Shown here: positions 10,206 to 21,192 of the stretch, piece after piece
How positions within the stretch are numbered: position 1 is the stretch's first letter
How the letters are laid out: every line of letters begins with the position of its first letter
IMG/VR virus record: IMGVR_UViG_3300028862_000012
Coordinates: 124,001-188,000 of that record
Direction: 5' to 3' (one strand)
Length of the DNA stretch: 64,000 nt
Translations under genes and position numbers: made by a program
Notes under the pieces: model-generated
The model's input: only the letters and a program-made list of their open reading frames with translations
Databases searched by the model: none
Told to the model about the DNA's origin: nothing

Positions 10206-11178
10206 TATATTATTTGATGAATACTTTTCAATGTTTGTTACTAATATACAGCGTAAATATTTAACTCATTATCAGGATCATCTATATCACCCCGAAAGCA
10301 CAGTTTTTTCGCATAGTAGATTAGTAGCACTGCTTTTACCTAATACACCTACTATGCAAATGTGTGCTTTGTTACATGATATAGGAAAGCTTAGTTGTAC
10401 TCAAGTTCATGTGAAACATAATACCTTGCGTATTCAAAATATAGGTCATGCAGAGATTAGTAATAATTGTATTGAACCACTCCGTAAGTATTTATTTAAT
10501 GAAATAAAAGATATTGATTGGGAGTGTGTGCATCAAGTAACATATTATCATATGCGCATGCATGATTATAATGATAATAAAATAAAAAAATCTGAAAAGA
10601 GGAAAGCTATGGAAGAGTTAAAGTATTTTAAAGAATTATCTATGTTTAGCACTGCTGATAAAAATGGAGTAGGCAGTAGTGAGTCTATGCTTCCCTATGT
10701 AGTAGTAACTGTTGGTATGAGCGGTAGCGGTAAATCTACGTGGCGCAAAAGTTTTATTACAGAAATGACAGAGGGTAAAACTCCTTTTATTGCTATTTGT
10801 CCTGATGACTTGCGCAAAGAGCTTACAGGAGATATTAGTAATCAGACTAAAAATAATGAAGTATGGGATAAAGCCTTTTCAATACTTGACTATTATATTT
10901 GTAACAAGCAGAATGTAGTGTTTGATAGTACCTGTACAAACCTTGATACTATGAAGCGTATTTTACGTCATTGTCAAAGTGATACAAAGCATAAAGCAAT
11001 AGTAATTTTTAAGATATTTAATGTAGATATTGATACTTGCAAATGTAGAGTTAATGATGATATACTGCATGGTGTAGATAGATCAAAAGTACCTATGGAA
11101 GTAATTGACAGACAATATGAAGGTTATAAAAAAGTAGTTGATTGGATTAAATCAAATGATAAGTTGATAATGGAGTAA
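10183..11178 (+). CDS. HD-domain phosphoesterase fused to P-loop polynucleotide kinase (HD-Pnk-like)
   Basis: HPE..VFSH, ALLHDIGK, GHAEIS, HM, AD..G (HD domain); VGMSGSGKSTW, CPDDLRKELTG, VVFDST (kinase). Confidence 0.85.
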   Translation: MKQYMKSNILFDEYFSMFVTNIQRKYLTHYQDHLYHPESTVFSHSRLVALLLPNTPTMQMCALLHDIGKLSCTQVHVKHNTLRIQNIGHAEISNNCIEPLRKYLFNEIKDIDWECVHQVTYYHMRMHDYNDNKIKKSEKRKAMEELKYFKELSMFSTADKNGVGSSESMLPYVVVTVGMSGSGKSTWRKSFITEMTEGKTPFIAICPDDLRKELTGDISNQTKNNEVWDKAFSILDYYICNKQNVVFDSTCTNLDTMKRILRHCQSDTKHKAIVIFKIFNVDIDTCKCRVNDDILHGVDRSKVPMEVIDRQYEGYKKVVDWIKSNDKLIME

Positions 11179-11180
11179 GT

Positions 11181-14057
11181 ATGAAATATACTGATGATGA
11201 GTGTTTAGAGTGGTGTAATACTCTTTTGAAAGAATTTGGTGATAAGCAAATTTCAGGATTTAATTTTGATTATAAAATTTATGGGGTTGCTTTAAAATTA
11301 AAGGAGAAGCTTGAAGAAAAAATAGTCCATGCAGATAGTTGCATCTTTTATCCTTCTACAGACGGAATGTTTGTAAAAAAAGGATCATCTAATATAGAAC
11401 ATATTTGTGATCTTACTAAAAATGATATAATTGAAGTATCTGAAAATGGAAAAACTTGGATCAAAGCTGATATTTATAAAAACAATTTTAATTATAAGTT
11501 TTATTATCAGATACTAGTGTATTCTTGTTTTACACAGCTTTATATTAAAACAAATAAAGATATTAATGTTAGGATTAGAAAAATTAATTATGGTAATAAA
11601 GTAAGCAGAGAATATTACTATCCTAGTGAATCTGGACTTTGTATAAAAGAAGTATATGAACGTGTTTGTCAAACACTTCCAATTATGTATGTAAAATTGA
11701 ATACAGCAATTATACCTGAATATAGACATAGGTGTTCCGAAAATTGGTATCCTATAGATACAAATTTTGAATTTGAAATATACTCTAATCATATAAATGT
11801 TTGGGGTTTGCCAAAAGGTAGTTTTGTAAGAATTAGATATGTAGAAAATGGAAATGAATTAGAAAATAAAAAAGTTATTACTATAAAGGAGTTTTTTGAA
11901 TCATGATAACTTTATTAGAAAAGCGATTAATAGCTTTATCTCAGCTTGGTATCACTATTCAACATGAAAATGGTCATAGATGGATATTAGCAATGGGGAC
12001 AGACTATTTTGATTTTAATAAAGAATGTGAAATACAGAAAGTATATCTTTGTAAAGTGTACAGTGGAATAAACTGTGCTTTAGATAAAGTAGATGAAGTA
12101 TTGAAATACACTAATAAAATATCATTAATAGATGTTTACAATTCTTTAGTACTTCAATATGATTGCGAGAGCGAAGACTATATTGTTTCTGAGGGTGAAA
12201 ATTTAGAATGATGAAATGCGATATACTTTTCTTTTCAGATGAGTTTGGCTTCATTGACGATCAGATTTGGTTTCATCATATGCTAGAAATCAATAAATTT
12301 GATCCAACATCTATAACTTACATAACGGAATTTCCAACTCAAGATGAAATCTTTGGAAAAGATTTAGTATTTATAGATTTTGGTGGAATTCCAAAAGGTG
12401 AAAGTTATTATTCATTACTAAATAGAGTAGAAAATTTAATTGAGTTCAATCATGATAAACAATTTGTATTTGCACTAACTATGCCAGAGTGGTTTTACAA
12501 TAGTGAAACATTGTTTAATTTTGATAATGTAATTTCATTCGATAAAAGTGTTTATGAAAATTATAACAAAGCATTTGATTTATTCAGATAAGGAAATAAA
12601 ATGAGCAGTATAATGATACCTCCATCAAGAAAATATTATTTAACTTATGAAGAAATGGGAAAGTTAAATACTAAACGATTACTTGCTTATAAGAAAAAGT
12701 ATTTAACAAACATGCATTGCCATAATCGATCCCATAAGTGTGATGGAAAAGATTGTAGCACTTGTAGAGATTATCCAGAATTACAAGAATTACAAATTGC
12801 TTATAAAAATATTCGAGATATATTATCAACAAGAGAGCATATAAAATGAACGAAGATAAACAAGAAATGAAATGTCCTAAGTGTAATTCTGATATGAAGG
12901 AATATGTAACTTGTTTTAGATGTAGGAATAAAGATTGTAATTTTATTTATGTTAAATATTTTCAAATAAAGGAAGATAAAGAAAATGAAAAGTAGATTAA
13001 AACTCTACAATAGACTACGTGCAAGTTATAAGTTTGTTTTTATCTGTAAAGACTTAAACAGAATTGGTTTTGCTACAAGCTTAGATCAATGTAAAGGTCG
13101 ATATACTGGTCATGAAAGCAGTGTAGTGCAGGTATCAAATTTTAGAAAATTATTATTTATTATTTTTGGGAGATAATATGGAAGATAAAGAAGTTATTAC
13201 CTTTGAACAGTTTATAGAATCTGAAATAAATCCTATCCGCAAGCAAGTAGGAATGTGCAAAATAAGTGCAGAGGATATAGAAAAATGTAAGGATATACTT
13301 AAAAGTTTTAATACTAAAAGTATTCCTTTATACAATCATGGTATAATTACTAATTGACAAATATTTTAATTTATTATAGGATTAGTAAAATGAAACAAGT
13401 ACTAAAGATATATTTGAATACTGGCTATAAATGTTTAATTAGCTATAATTTTCCAATTAAGTATTGTGATTATACCTTTTGGTTTAACTCATATAATATA
13501 GAAAAAATAGAAAAAGTATTGGATAACGTAGAAGTGAATAAAGCAGAAGAGTATAAGGACAATTTGTCTTTTGAGGGACTAACTTACGCTCAAGACATGA
13601 TTCGCATAAAAGGCGAATTAAAAAATTACTTAAAATATCATGATCCAATTGTCTTAAAAAGATTTAGCTGTGGTAGTATGAGCGTAAGCGCAGAATACAT
13701 AGATGTTCCAGAAGAAACAGATTTTGAATAAGGAGAGTATAGATGAATCTTAAAAAGATTGTTATTACAATTAAGGAAATTGGATTGGTAGGTGGCATCC
13801 AGTTTGATAATCCAGAGGTTCAAAAGCAAATTGATAATTCATTGATTCAGAAAATGGCTAAGAATGCAGTAGCTGATCAGTTGGCTACCTTTGAAGCAAA
13901 GCAGAAACTTGTAGAGTATGAGCGGACATGGATTGATATTGACATGCGGAAGGCAGTTATTGGTTATATTAATTCTGCAAGTGTTAACAAGATTCCTATT
14001 TTCCCTGCGGTAACAGGATCAAACACTGCTTTTGATATTTCAAAATACACCAAGTAA
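11181..14057 (+). other. run of small hypothetical phage genes
   Basis: about eight co-oriented, tightly packed ORFs (11181-11906, 11903-12211, 12208-12591, 12601-12849, 12985-13176, 13166-13357, 13354-13731, 13743-14057). Confidence 0.6.
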
Positions 14058-14070
14058 AATAATTTAAAAA

Positions 14071-14108
14071 AGTATAAGTCAGACAATTAGATTTATCTGA
14101 TTTATACT
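14071..14108. terminator. 13-bp hairpin between 13743-14057 gene and Hen1-ligase gene
   Basis: AGTATAAGTCAGA (14071-14083) pairs with TCTGATTTATACT (14096-14108); A-run on the left, no U-run on the right. Confidence 0.45.
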
Positions 14109-14121
14109 AAAGGAAGATAAT

Positions 14122-16623
14122 ATGTTTTTAATACTGAAAGACAAAACAGATGATAATAAGTTTAGCTATCTACTTTGCAAGAATCCTGCAAATACTTATG
14201 ATAGAGATACAGTAAAAGGAAAGTATATAGATAACTTCATTTATCAGATAACTTGTAATGCAGATAGTAAAAAGATGTTATCTACTTTAAAAGATCGTAA
14301 TGAAGAAAGTTATGTAAGTTATCAGTATGAAGGTGTAACTCCTATAAACTTAAATAATATATTTGGTGCTTGTTTACGATCTGCATTAACTATGAACTAT
14401 CCTGACAAGGATATCACTGATATAGCAAGTAAACCTCGTGATCTTGAATGTATTATTGGCCCCTTTATTTGTAATAAGAAACAGTACATTAACACGTTAA
14501 ATTCTTTTAATTTAAGTGTATCTGTACAGGAAGAGAAAAGTGTAGCAACCAGCTTTAAAATAAATAGTAATTTAGATACCTTGAGTTCTTTTTTACAGAA
14601 AATATTTATTCTATCGATGTACTTTACTTTTAAATATAATTTGTTTCCTGTTCAAATGTCTCAGATTGAAAAGTATATTGCTATGAGTAAATCATGGTTT
14701 GAAAAGAATGAGTTTAGTAAATATATTATTAGAATTTTTTCTAATAATAGAAAAGATATAGAAAAAAAGATGTGTGATAATTTAATTACTGATACTGAAG
14801 ATAATCAAGAAGTAAAAGATCAGCTCTATATTGATTATATGACTTTACATCAGGTACGCCATAATTTTATTACAAAGACTATTTCTGAACTTGTTGACGA
14901 TAAGGAGTTTACAACTATTGTAGACTATGGTTGTGCAAACGGAAAACTTAGTCTTAAATTAAATGATGAGTTAAAAAAACTGGATAAGAAGTTTGAAATC
15001 TATAGTTATGATGCAAATGACAAAGCAAAAGAAAAACTTGAACGGGTAAAGCATGTACATTTTTATCAGATGAACTTACTTGTCCCTAATTTTAATATTA
15101 TTCCTATTAATATTGATATACTGATTTTGTCTGAAATCATAGAACACTTTGATGCATCAGATCGTCAGTTTATCTTATTTAAGATTGTTGAAGTATTGAA
15201 TCCAAAGATAATTATACTTACTACACCAAACGGAGAGTATAATAAAATACTTGGTGTTCCTGATGGTGAAATGCGTGAAAAGTCTCATAAGATAGAGTTT
15301 ATACAAAGTCAATATAAGAGTGAAATACGGGATTATTTTGTTGCTAATAATTATGAAGCACTTGATTATATAATTAATGAAAATAAAGAAATTGAATTTA
15401 CAGAAGATGAAAACTTAACAGGTGCCACTTTTATTACTGGATTTAATAATAAGGACTGGAACAGGAAACTATCCAGTAGAAGTTCAGATGCTTATGCAAG
15501 TTACTATCTGCCAATTAGTGATTATAGTATTGCTCCTGCTGAATTTGCTAATGGATATAGTGCTAAGTCATTTATGTTTAATAAAAATATTTTCTATATG
15601 GCTCCTACTGTTCCACCTGTAGAATATGATAGAGTGTATTCAGATTATTTGGAACATCCTATGAGTGCTTTTCAGTACTTTCAAGATAGAGGAATAAATA
15701 CTATTGTAGGTGAAAATAAGTATATGGGTTCACGCGCTCATGTATTATTGTTTAAGACTATAGATATAGCTCATCAGCATGGTTTTAATAAATGTATCAG
15801 TATTATTACTCGTAATGGGAATGAGTTCTTTTTCAAGGATGAAGAAAAACATATAGAAGATGAGTTTTATAACAGTATAGAATTAAAATATGATGTAACT
15901 GTGCTTGATTGTGAAATGATGCCGTGGAAACTTAAAGCAAGTAATTTAATTGATACAAAGTTTCTAGGTGTTGGTGAAGCATCTGTAATGAATAGACAGT
16001 ATTGCCGTGATTTAAGTTTAGCTAACTCCCTTGAGTTTATTAAAGCACTAAATCCCTATATTCAAGATAGTGAGCCTTATTGTAGAATATTTGGAATACT
16101 TGCACTTGGCACAGTTAACGGTAGAAATACTGAATGGATAATGGGAACAAGTATTGATAATATACGAAAACAATATATGATTGGAGAAATTTGTGGTACA
16201 AGCACTAAGTTTCTACCAGTAGAATATTCTGTAATTGAATTAAACGAAAGTGATTCTATTGATAAAGAAGTAGACTACTGGAAGCATTATACAGAAAATG
16301 GTGGTGAAGGTAGAGTGTATAAGCCTGTATATCCACGCAACTATACCTCTAATGGGTATATGATTCAGCCAATGTTGAAGGTTCGAGGTCGCCCGTACTT
16401 ACGAATTATTTATTCACAAGATTATTTGGAACCATCCAATTTTGCAATAGTATGTAATCGAAGTATTAAAAAGAAACGCATACAGGCTATTCAAGAAACA
16501 GAGCTAAGTGATATAATATTGAAGTCATTTCTTAATAAGCGAGATGGAATAACTAGAAAATTAGTAGCAGGTTTTATTGGAACAGAAAATGTTAATTTTG
16601 GAAATGTTGATAAAACATTATAA
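14122..16623 (+). CDS. Hen1 (N-domain + 2'-O-methyltransferase) fused to bacterial Pnkp-type RNA ligase domain
   Basis: FSYLLCKNP (Hen1 N-term), VDYGCANG, EIIEHF, TTPNGEYN, REKSHKIEF (Hen1 MTase); YMAPTVPP, YLEHP, GENKYMGSR, LDCEMMPW, GGEGRVYKP, QPMLKVRGRPYLRIIY (Pnkp ligase). Confidence 0.88.
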   Translation: MFLILKDKTDDNKFSYLLCKNPANTYDRDTVKGKYIDNFIYQITCNADSKKMLSTLKDRNEESYVSYQYEGVTPINLNNIFGACLRSALTMNYPDKDITDIASKPRDLECIIGPFICNKKQYINTLNSFNLSVSVQEEKSVATSFKINSNLDTLSSFLQKIFILSMYFTFKYNLFPVQMSQIEKYIAMSKSWFEKNEFSKYIIRIFSNNRKDIEKKMCDNLITDTEDNQEVKDQLYIDYMTLHQVRHNFITKTISELVDDKEFTTIVDYGCANGKLSLKLNDELKKLDKKFEIYSYDANDKAKEKLERVKHVHFYQMNLLVPNFNIIPINIDILILSEIIEHFDASDRQFILFKIVEVLNPKIIILTTPNGEYNKILGVPDGEMREKSHKIEFIQSQYKSEIRDYFVANNYEALDYIINENKEIEFTEDENLTGATFITGFNNKDWNRKLSSRSSDAYASYYLPISDYSIAPAEFANGYSAKSFMFNKNIFYMAPTVPPVEYDRVYSDYLEHPMSAFQYFQDRGINTIVGENKYMGSRAHVLLFKTIDIAHQHGFNKCISIITRNGNEFFFKDEEKHIEDEFYNSIELKYDVTVLDCEMMPWKLKASNLIDTKFLGVGEASVMNRQYCRDLSLANSLEFIKALNPYIQDSEPYCRIFGILALGTVNGRNTEWIMGTSIDNIRKQYMIGEICGTSTKFLPVEYSVIELNESDSIDKEVDYWKHYTENGGEGRVYKPVYPRNYTSNGYMIQPMLKVRGRPYLRIIYSQDYLEPSNFAIVCNRSIKKKRIQAIQETELSDIILKSFLNKRDGITRKLVAGFIGTENVNFGNVDKTL

Positions 16624-16629
16624 GGAGAT

Positions 16630-18014
16630 ATGATGACCATAGAACAATTATATCAAGTATGTAAATCTGCTTATTATAGTGGAAAGGGCGATCTTGAAGT
16701 AGTGTTTGATACAGAAGCTATGTGCTTTGATTCGCATTTAGTTAATGTATCACGCGCAATATTACAAGATGACATGCCCGAAGAACTAGGAAAGTATTTA
16801 ATACTTAATTATGATATGCCTAAAGAGCTTGTAACATTTTTTAGACCTGATGAGAGACATAAAGCATGATAAGAAAACATACTATACAAGAGATAGCAAA
16901 TTATTTTAATGTGTTTATAACAAGCGGATATGATAAAACCTTTTTGCTATATCCAAAGAATCCTTTTAATAATAAAGGTCTTACTGAATTTAGAATGGAT
17001 AGCCTCTTTTTTAAAGAGGATATTAATGATTATGATAATAATATTCTATTAGCAGAACCTTGTTTACATGAGCATGATTTAGTTCTTTGCTGGAATGTTC
17101 AAGATGATTTGCCTAATATTCGCAAATATTTAAGAAAAGTAATTCAAGGTTCTAAAGAAGTTTTTGAAGTTTATAATAGTAGCATTAGCTACAAGGAATA
17201 TTATACCTGTTGCATTAGATATGAAGAAAAAATAGTAACTAATTTGGAAACAAAATGATATGCCCTAAATGTGGAAAGATTTTAAAAGAAAACTTACAGT
17301 ATTCAGATCCTTGTTTTGTAAAACTTACTTGTGAGGATAGCCTTTGTGGATGTTCTTTTACATTTGATTGTAACATTACAAATAATAAGCATGATATAAC
17401 TCAGATACTTATTAATAATGCTTATAATCTTTATTATAATAAAAAAGGAAGATGGAAAGATGAATTACGATCCTAACAGGGCTTATAACATGACTATTCA
17501 AAAAGTTAAATTAGTATTTGGTAGACATGAATATCGAAAGATAGTTGAAACAATTGTTGGTGGAAATTGTTTAGGTTTTACTGTCATAGAAGCCGCAATT
17601 GAAAACATATATGATGATCTTGAAACAGAAGATGATATTCCAAAAATTACTTTATCTACAGACGATGGAAATACATTAGAATTATCAGATGAAATGTTTG
17701 AAGGTAGTGACTGGTTGAAAAACTTAGTTATTTCTGCTACTATAATAAGTATAGAAAAGGAATAGAGTCTTATGATTAAAATGTTTAGAAAATCAGATTT
17801 AGTACAAAAGCAAACTTATAAACAATATCAAGTAACTTATTATGAAATATATACATCAACAGATGATAAGGAATTTGTTGCTGAAATTGTTTATATAAAA
17901 TCTAATTTTTCTAAAATAGAAGATATGAAATATATTTTAACAAAGTTTATGAAAGATATTTATATTGATATAAAATCAATAGAATATATTGAAGAATCAG
18001 TATTAAAGTTTTAA
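16630..18014 (+). other. run of small hypothetical genes
   Basis: five overlapping/abutting ORFs. Confidence 0.55.
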
Positions 18015-18024
18015 GGATTAAATA

Positions 18025-19152
18025 ATGGAATTACTTATATCTGAGTTTATTGAGCAGAATAATCATTGGAAAGACTGTATTACTCAAAAGCCCTATTGTA
18101 TAGAAGTAAAAGAGAAAAATGAATATACTCTATTAAAATATAATCAGATAGAAAGTAATTTTAATATTCCTTTGGTTCGTGAATGTAGAGGAATAATTCT
18201 TAGAGATAAAAAAATAGTATGTTTTCCCTTCAGAAAATTCGGAAATCAAGGAGAAGGATATGCTGATGATATTGATTGGGCAAGTGCTAAAGTTTTAGAA
18301 AAAGTAGACGGAAGTATTACTAAAATCTGGTTTGACATAACGTGGCATATATCAACTAATGGATGTATAGATGCTCATGATGCAGATATTCCAGACTGGG
18401 GTAGTGATTGCGAATATAAAAATTATTATGACCTTATTGAGTGTGCTTTAAAAAAGTATATTAAATTTGATAATCTAAGTGATTTAGATATAATTTTTAA
18501 GCATGTCTACACTTATATATTTGAAATGGTTTCGCCTTATACTAAAGTAGTAGTCCCTTATCCAGAAATAGATATTTATTTAATTGGAATTCGTAATAAT
18601 ATAACCTATGAAGAAGAATATATAAAGGAGCATGAATTAAGTACTATATTTAAAACACCTAAGTATTATGATATACATAGTTTAGATGACTGTATTGCTA
18701 TGACAAAAGAAATGCCTTTCAGTGAAGAAGGCTTTGTTGTAGTAGATAAGTATTTTCATAGAAATAAAATTAAGAGCATTGCGTATCTAAAAATATTTCG
18801 ATTGAAGGGTGAGGGTGTCGTTACTCCTAAGCGAATGCTTGAACTCATCCAGACTAATGAATCAGGAGAATTTTTAGCATACTTTCCTGAATATACAGAA
18901 ATGTATAATCTGTATAAATCTAAATATGATAAGTTAATTAAATATTTAGATGATTCCTTTGCTAACTTTTGGGAAATTTCTCATAGACTCAAAATAGTTC
19001 CCTGTCGGCAAAAACGTGCAGACCATATTAATAAGTACTATAAATGTCCTGACTTTATGTTTAAGCGATATGATAAAATGATAAAAGATGGATTAGAGTA
19101 TTGTTCAACTATGAGAATGGAAAACTTAGTTGAGTTATTGAAAAGTTTTTAA
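18025..19152 (+). CDS. T4 Rnl1-like RNA ligase
   Basis: LLKYNQ, ECRGIIL, PFRKFGN, EKVDGS (motif I), FEMVSP, EEGFVV (motif IV), KIKSIAY. Confidence 0.9.
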   Translation: MELLISEFIEQNNHWKDCITQKPYCIEVKEKNEYTLLKYNQIESNFNIPLVRECRGIILRDKKIVCFPFRKFGNQGEGYADDIDWASAKVLEKVDGSITKIWFDITWHISTNGCIDAHDADIPDWGSDCEYKNYYDLIECALKKYIKFDNLSDLDIIFKHVYTYIFEMVSPYTKVVVPYPEIDIYLIGIRNNITYEEEYIKEHELSTIFKTPKYYDIHSLDDCIAMTKEMPFSEEGFVVVDKYFHRNKIKSIAYLKIFRLKGEGVVTPKRMLELIQTNESGEFLAYFPEYTEMYNLYKSKYDKLIKYLDDSFANFWEISHRLKIVPCRQKRADHINKYYKCPDFMFKRYDKMIKDGLEYCSTMRMENLVELLKSF

Positions 19153-19841
19153 AAGGAAGTAGTATGATTACAATAGAAGTAGATGAAATTATAAAGAAAA
19201 AGAAGTTAAGTTTTGAAACTCCCTATTATTATGTACATGACATTAGTGATGATTTATATGACTGCACTATTTATGGAAAGATTACTGATACAGAAGTTAT
19301 TAGTATAAATATAACTAATAAAGGAGCAGAAAAAGTTTTTGAAATCTCAAAAATCAGTATGAGTAATTTTGATAGTTATAAATGTTATCTAACAAAAGAA
19401 TTTTATAAAAGTAATGAATCAGAGTTTAAAGGAGCTTATAAAGAAGCATTGGAATTTATAAAATCTATTAAGGATAATTCATGATTAAAAACTTTATAAT
19501 AAAATTCTATAAGTATTATTTAAATAAGCATCATGAATTAGGTAGAGTATGTTTACAAAAATCAATGCGTGGTGATTGGAGTTTATCTTATACTGGTATG
19601 TTTTTTGAAATAGAGGGTGAGTTTGCATATAGTTTATGCAAAAACTTTAATGTAGATTATTATAATTTTCATAATGGTGATTTACAATTATTGAATGCTT
19701 TTTGGGTAAAGGAAACAGTATGAAACGAAAAGAATTAGCAGAACGAGTGGTTACAAGATATAATGAAACGTCAATGAAAGTGTTATAAAGTAATATATTA
19801 ATAATATCTAATTATTATGAAAAAAATAAAGGTAATTAAAA

Positions 19842-21047
19842 ATGAATAAAGCATATAAAGTTCGATTATATCCAAACATTACTCAAACTAAACTCATAAA
19901 TAAAACTTTTGGATGTACTCGATTTTTATATAATCAGATTTTGAATGAACATATTCAAGTATATGAAAAATATAAAAACGATAAAGAAGCTTTATTTAAT
20001 TATAAATACAAAACTGAAAAAGAGTACAAGCAGGAGTTTGAATGGCTAAAAGAAGTAAGCTCTCGCGCTTTACAACAGTCACATAGAGATTTACAAACAG
20101 CTTATACTAATTTCTATGCAGGATTAAAGAAATCTAAAAAAGTAGGTTTTCCAAAGTTTAAGTCAAAGCATAAATCACGCTTAAGTTATAGAGAGCCACA
20201 AGTAAGTGACTGTATTGAAATTAAAGATAATAAAATTAAATTACTAAAATTAGGCTATATAAAGTTTAGAGGATTAGATAAAAACTTCAGTGGCTGTATT
20301 AAATCAGTAATAGTTTATAAGTCTAAAACAAATAAATATTATGCTTCTATTTTAGTAGAAAAAACTATTGACAAAAAAGTTAGAATTAGTAATAATGATA
20401 TAGGAATTGATTTAGGATTAAAAGAGTTTGCTATATGCTCTAATGGAGAAATTATAAAAGGTATAAAACAAGATTTATATAATATTGAAAATACTACAAA
20501 AAGATTACATAAAAATTTAAGTAGAAAAAAGGCAGGATCAAAAAGATATGAAAAAGCGCGGCTAAAATTAGCAAAGAATTATGAATACAGTACTAATTAT
20601 TTAAATCATTTTCAGTGGAATTTAATAAAAAAGTTGTGTAGTGAAAATCAAACTATATCACTTGAAACATTGAAAGTAACTAATATGATTAAAAATAGAA
20701 AATTAAGTCATGCAATTCAGACTATTAGTTGGTCGAGCTTTGTTACAAAGTTAGAACAAAAAGCAAAAGAGTATAATACTGCTATTTATAGAGTTCCAAC
20801 TTTTTATGCAAGTTCTAAAATTTGTAGTCATTGCGGGAATAAAAAGCTAGAATTAAGTTTAGCAGAACGTGTTTATACGTGTGATGTTTGTGGATTTACT
20901 ATTGATAGAGACATTAACGCTTCTATTAATATTAAAAATTATAAGTCATTGGAGTACAATGATTACGAACGTGGAGAAAATGTAAGACCTGTAGAATTAT
21001 TTTATAATCCTGCTGGCTATTTCTATGAAGCGTTTAAGAGGAGTTAA
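19842..21047 (+). mobile_element. tnpB: IS200/IS605-family TnpB RNA-guided nuclease, no TnpA adjacent
   Basis: HTH_OrfB N-term KAYKVRLYP..FGCTRFLYN, RuvC-I IGIDLG, RuvC-II SLETL, Zn finger CSHC..CDVC, RuvC-III DRDINA; catalytic D/E/D intact. Confidence 0.93.
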
Positions 21048-21158
21048 AAAATGATAAATTATAAAACTTTTCTATACTATCAGTTTAAGCAGAGAAAGAC
21101 TTTTAGTGAAAGATTGCATAAATTTTTAGGATTACTTTTTAATATTGTTTCATAATTA

Positions 21159-21169
21159 TAACTATTATA
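21159..21169 (+). promoter_or_regulatory. candidate late-promoter motif TAACTATTATA
   Basis: intergenic, 24 nt before ATG 21193; recurs before other virion/packaging genes. Confidence 0.5.
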
Positions 21170-21192
21170 ATATAACTTTATAAGGAATAATT

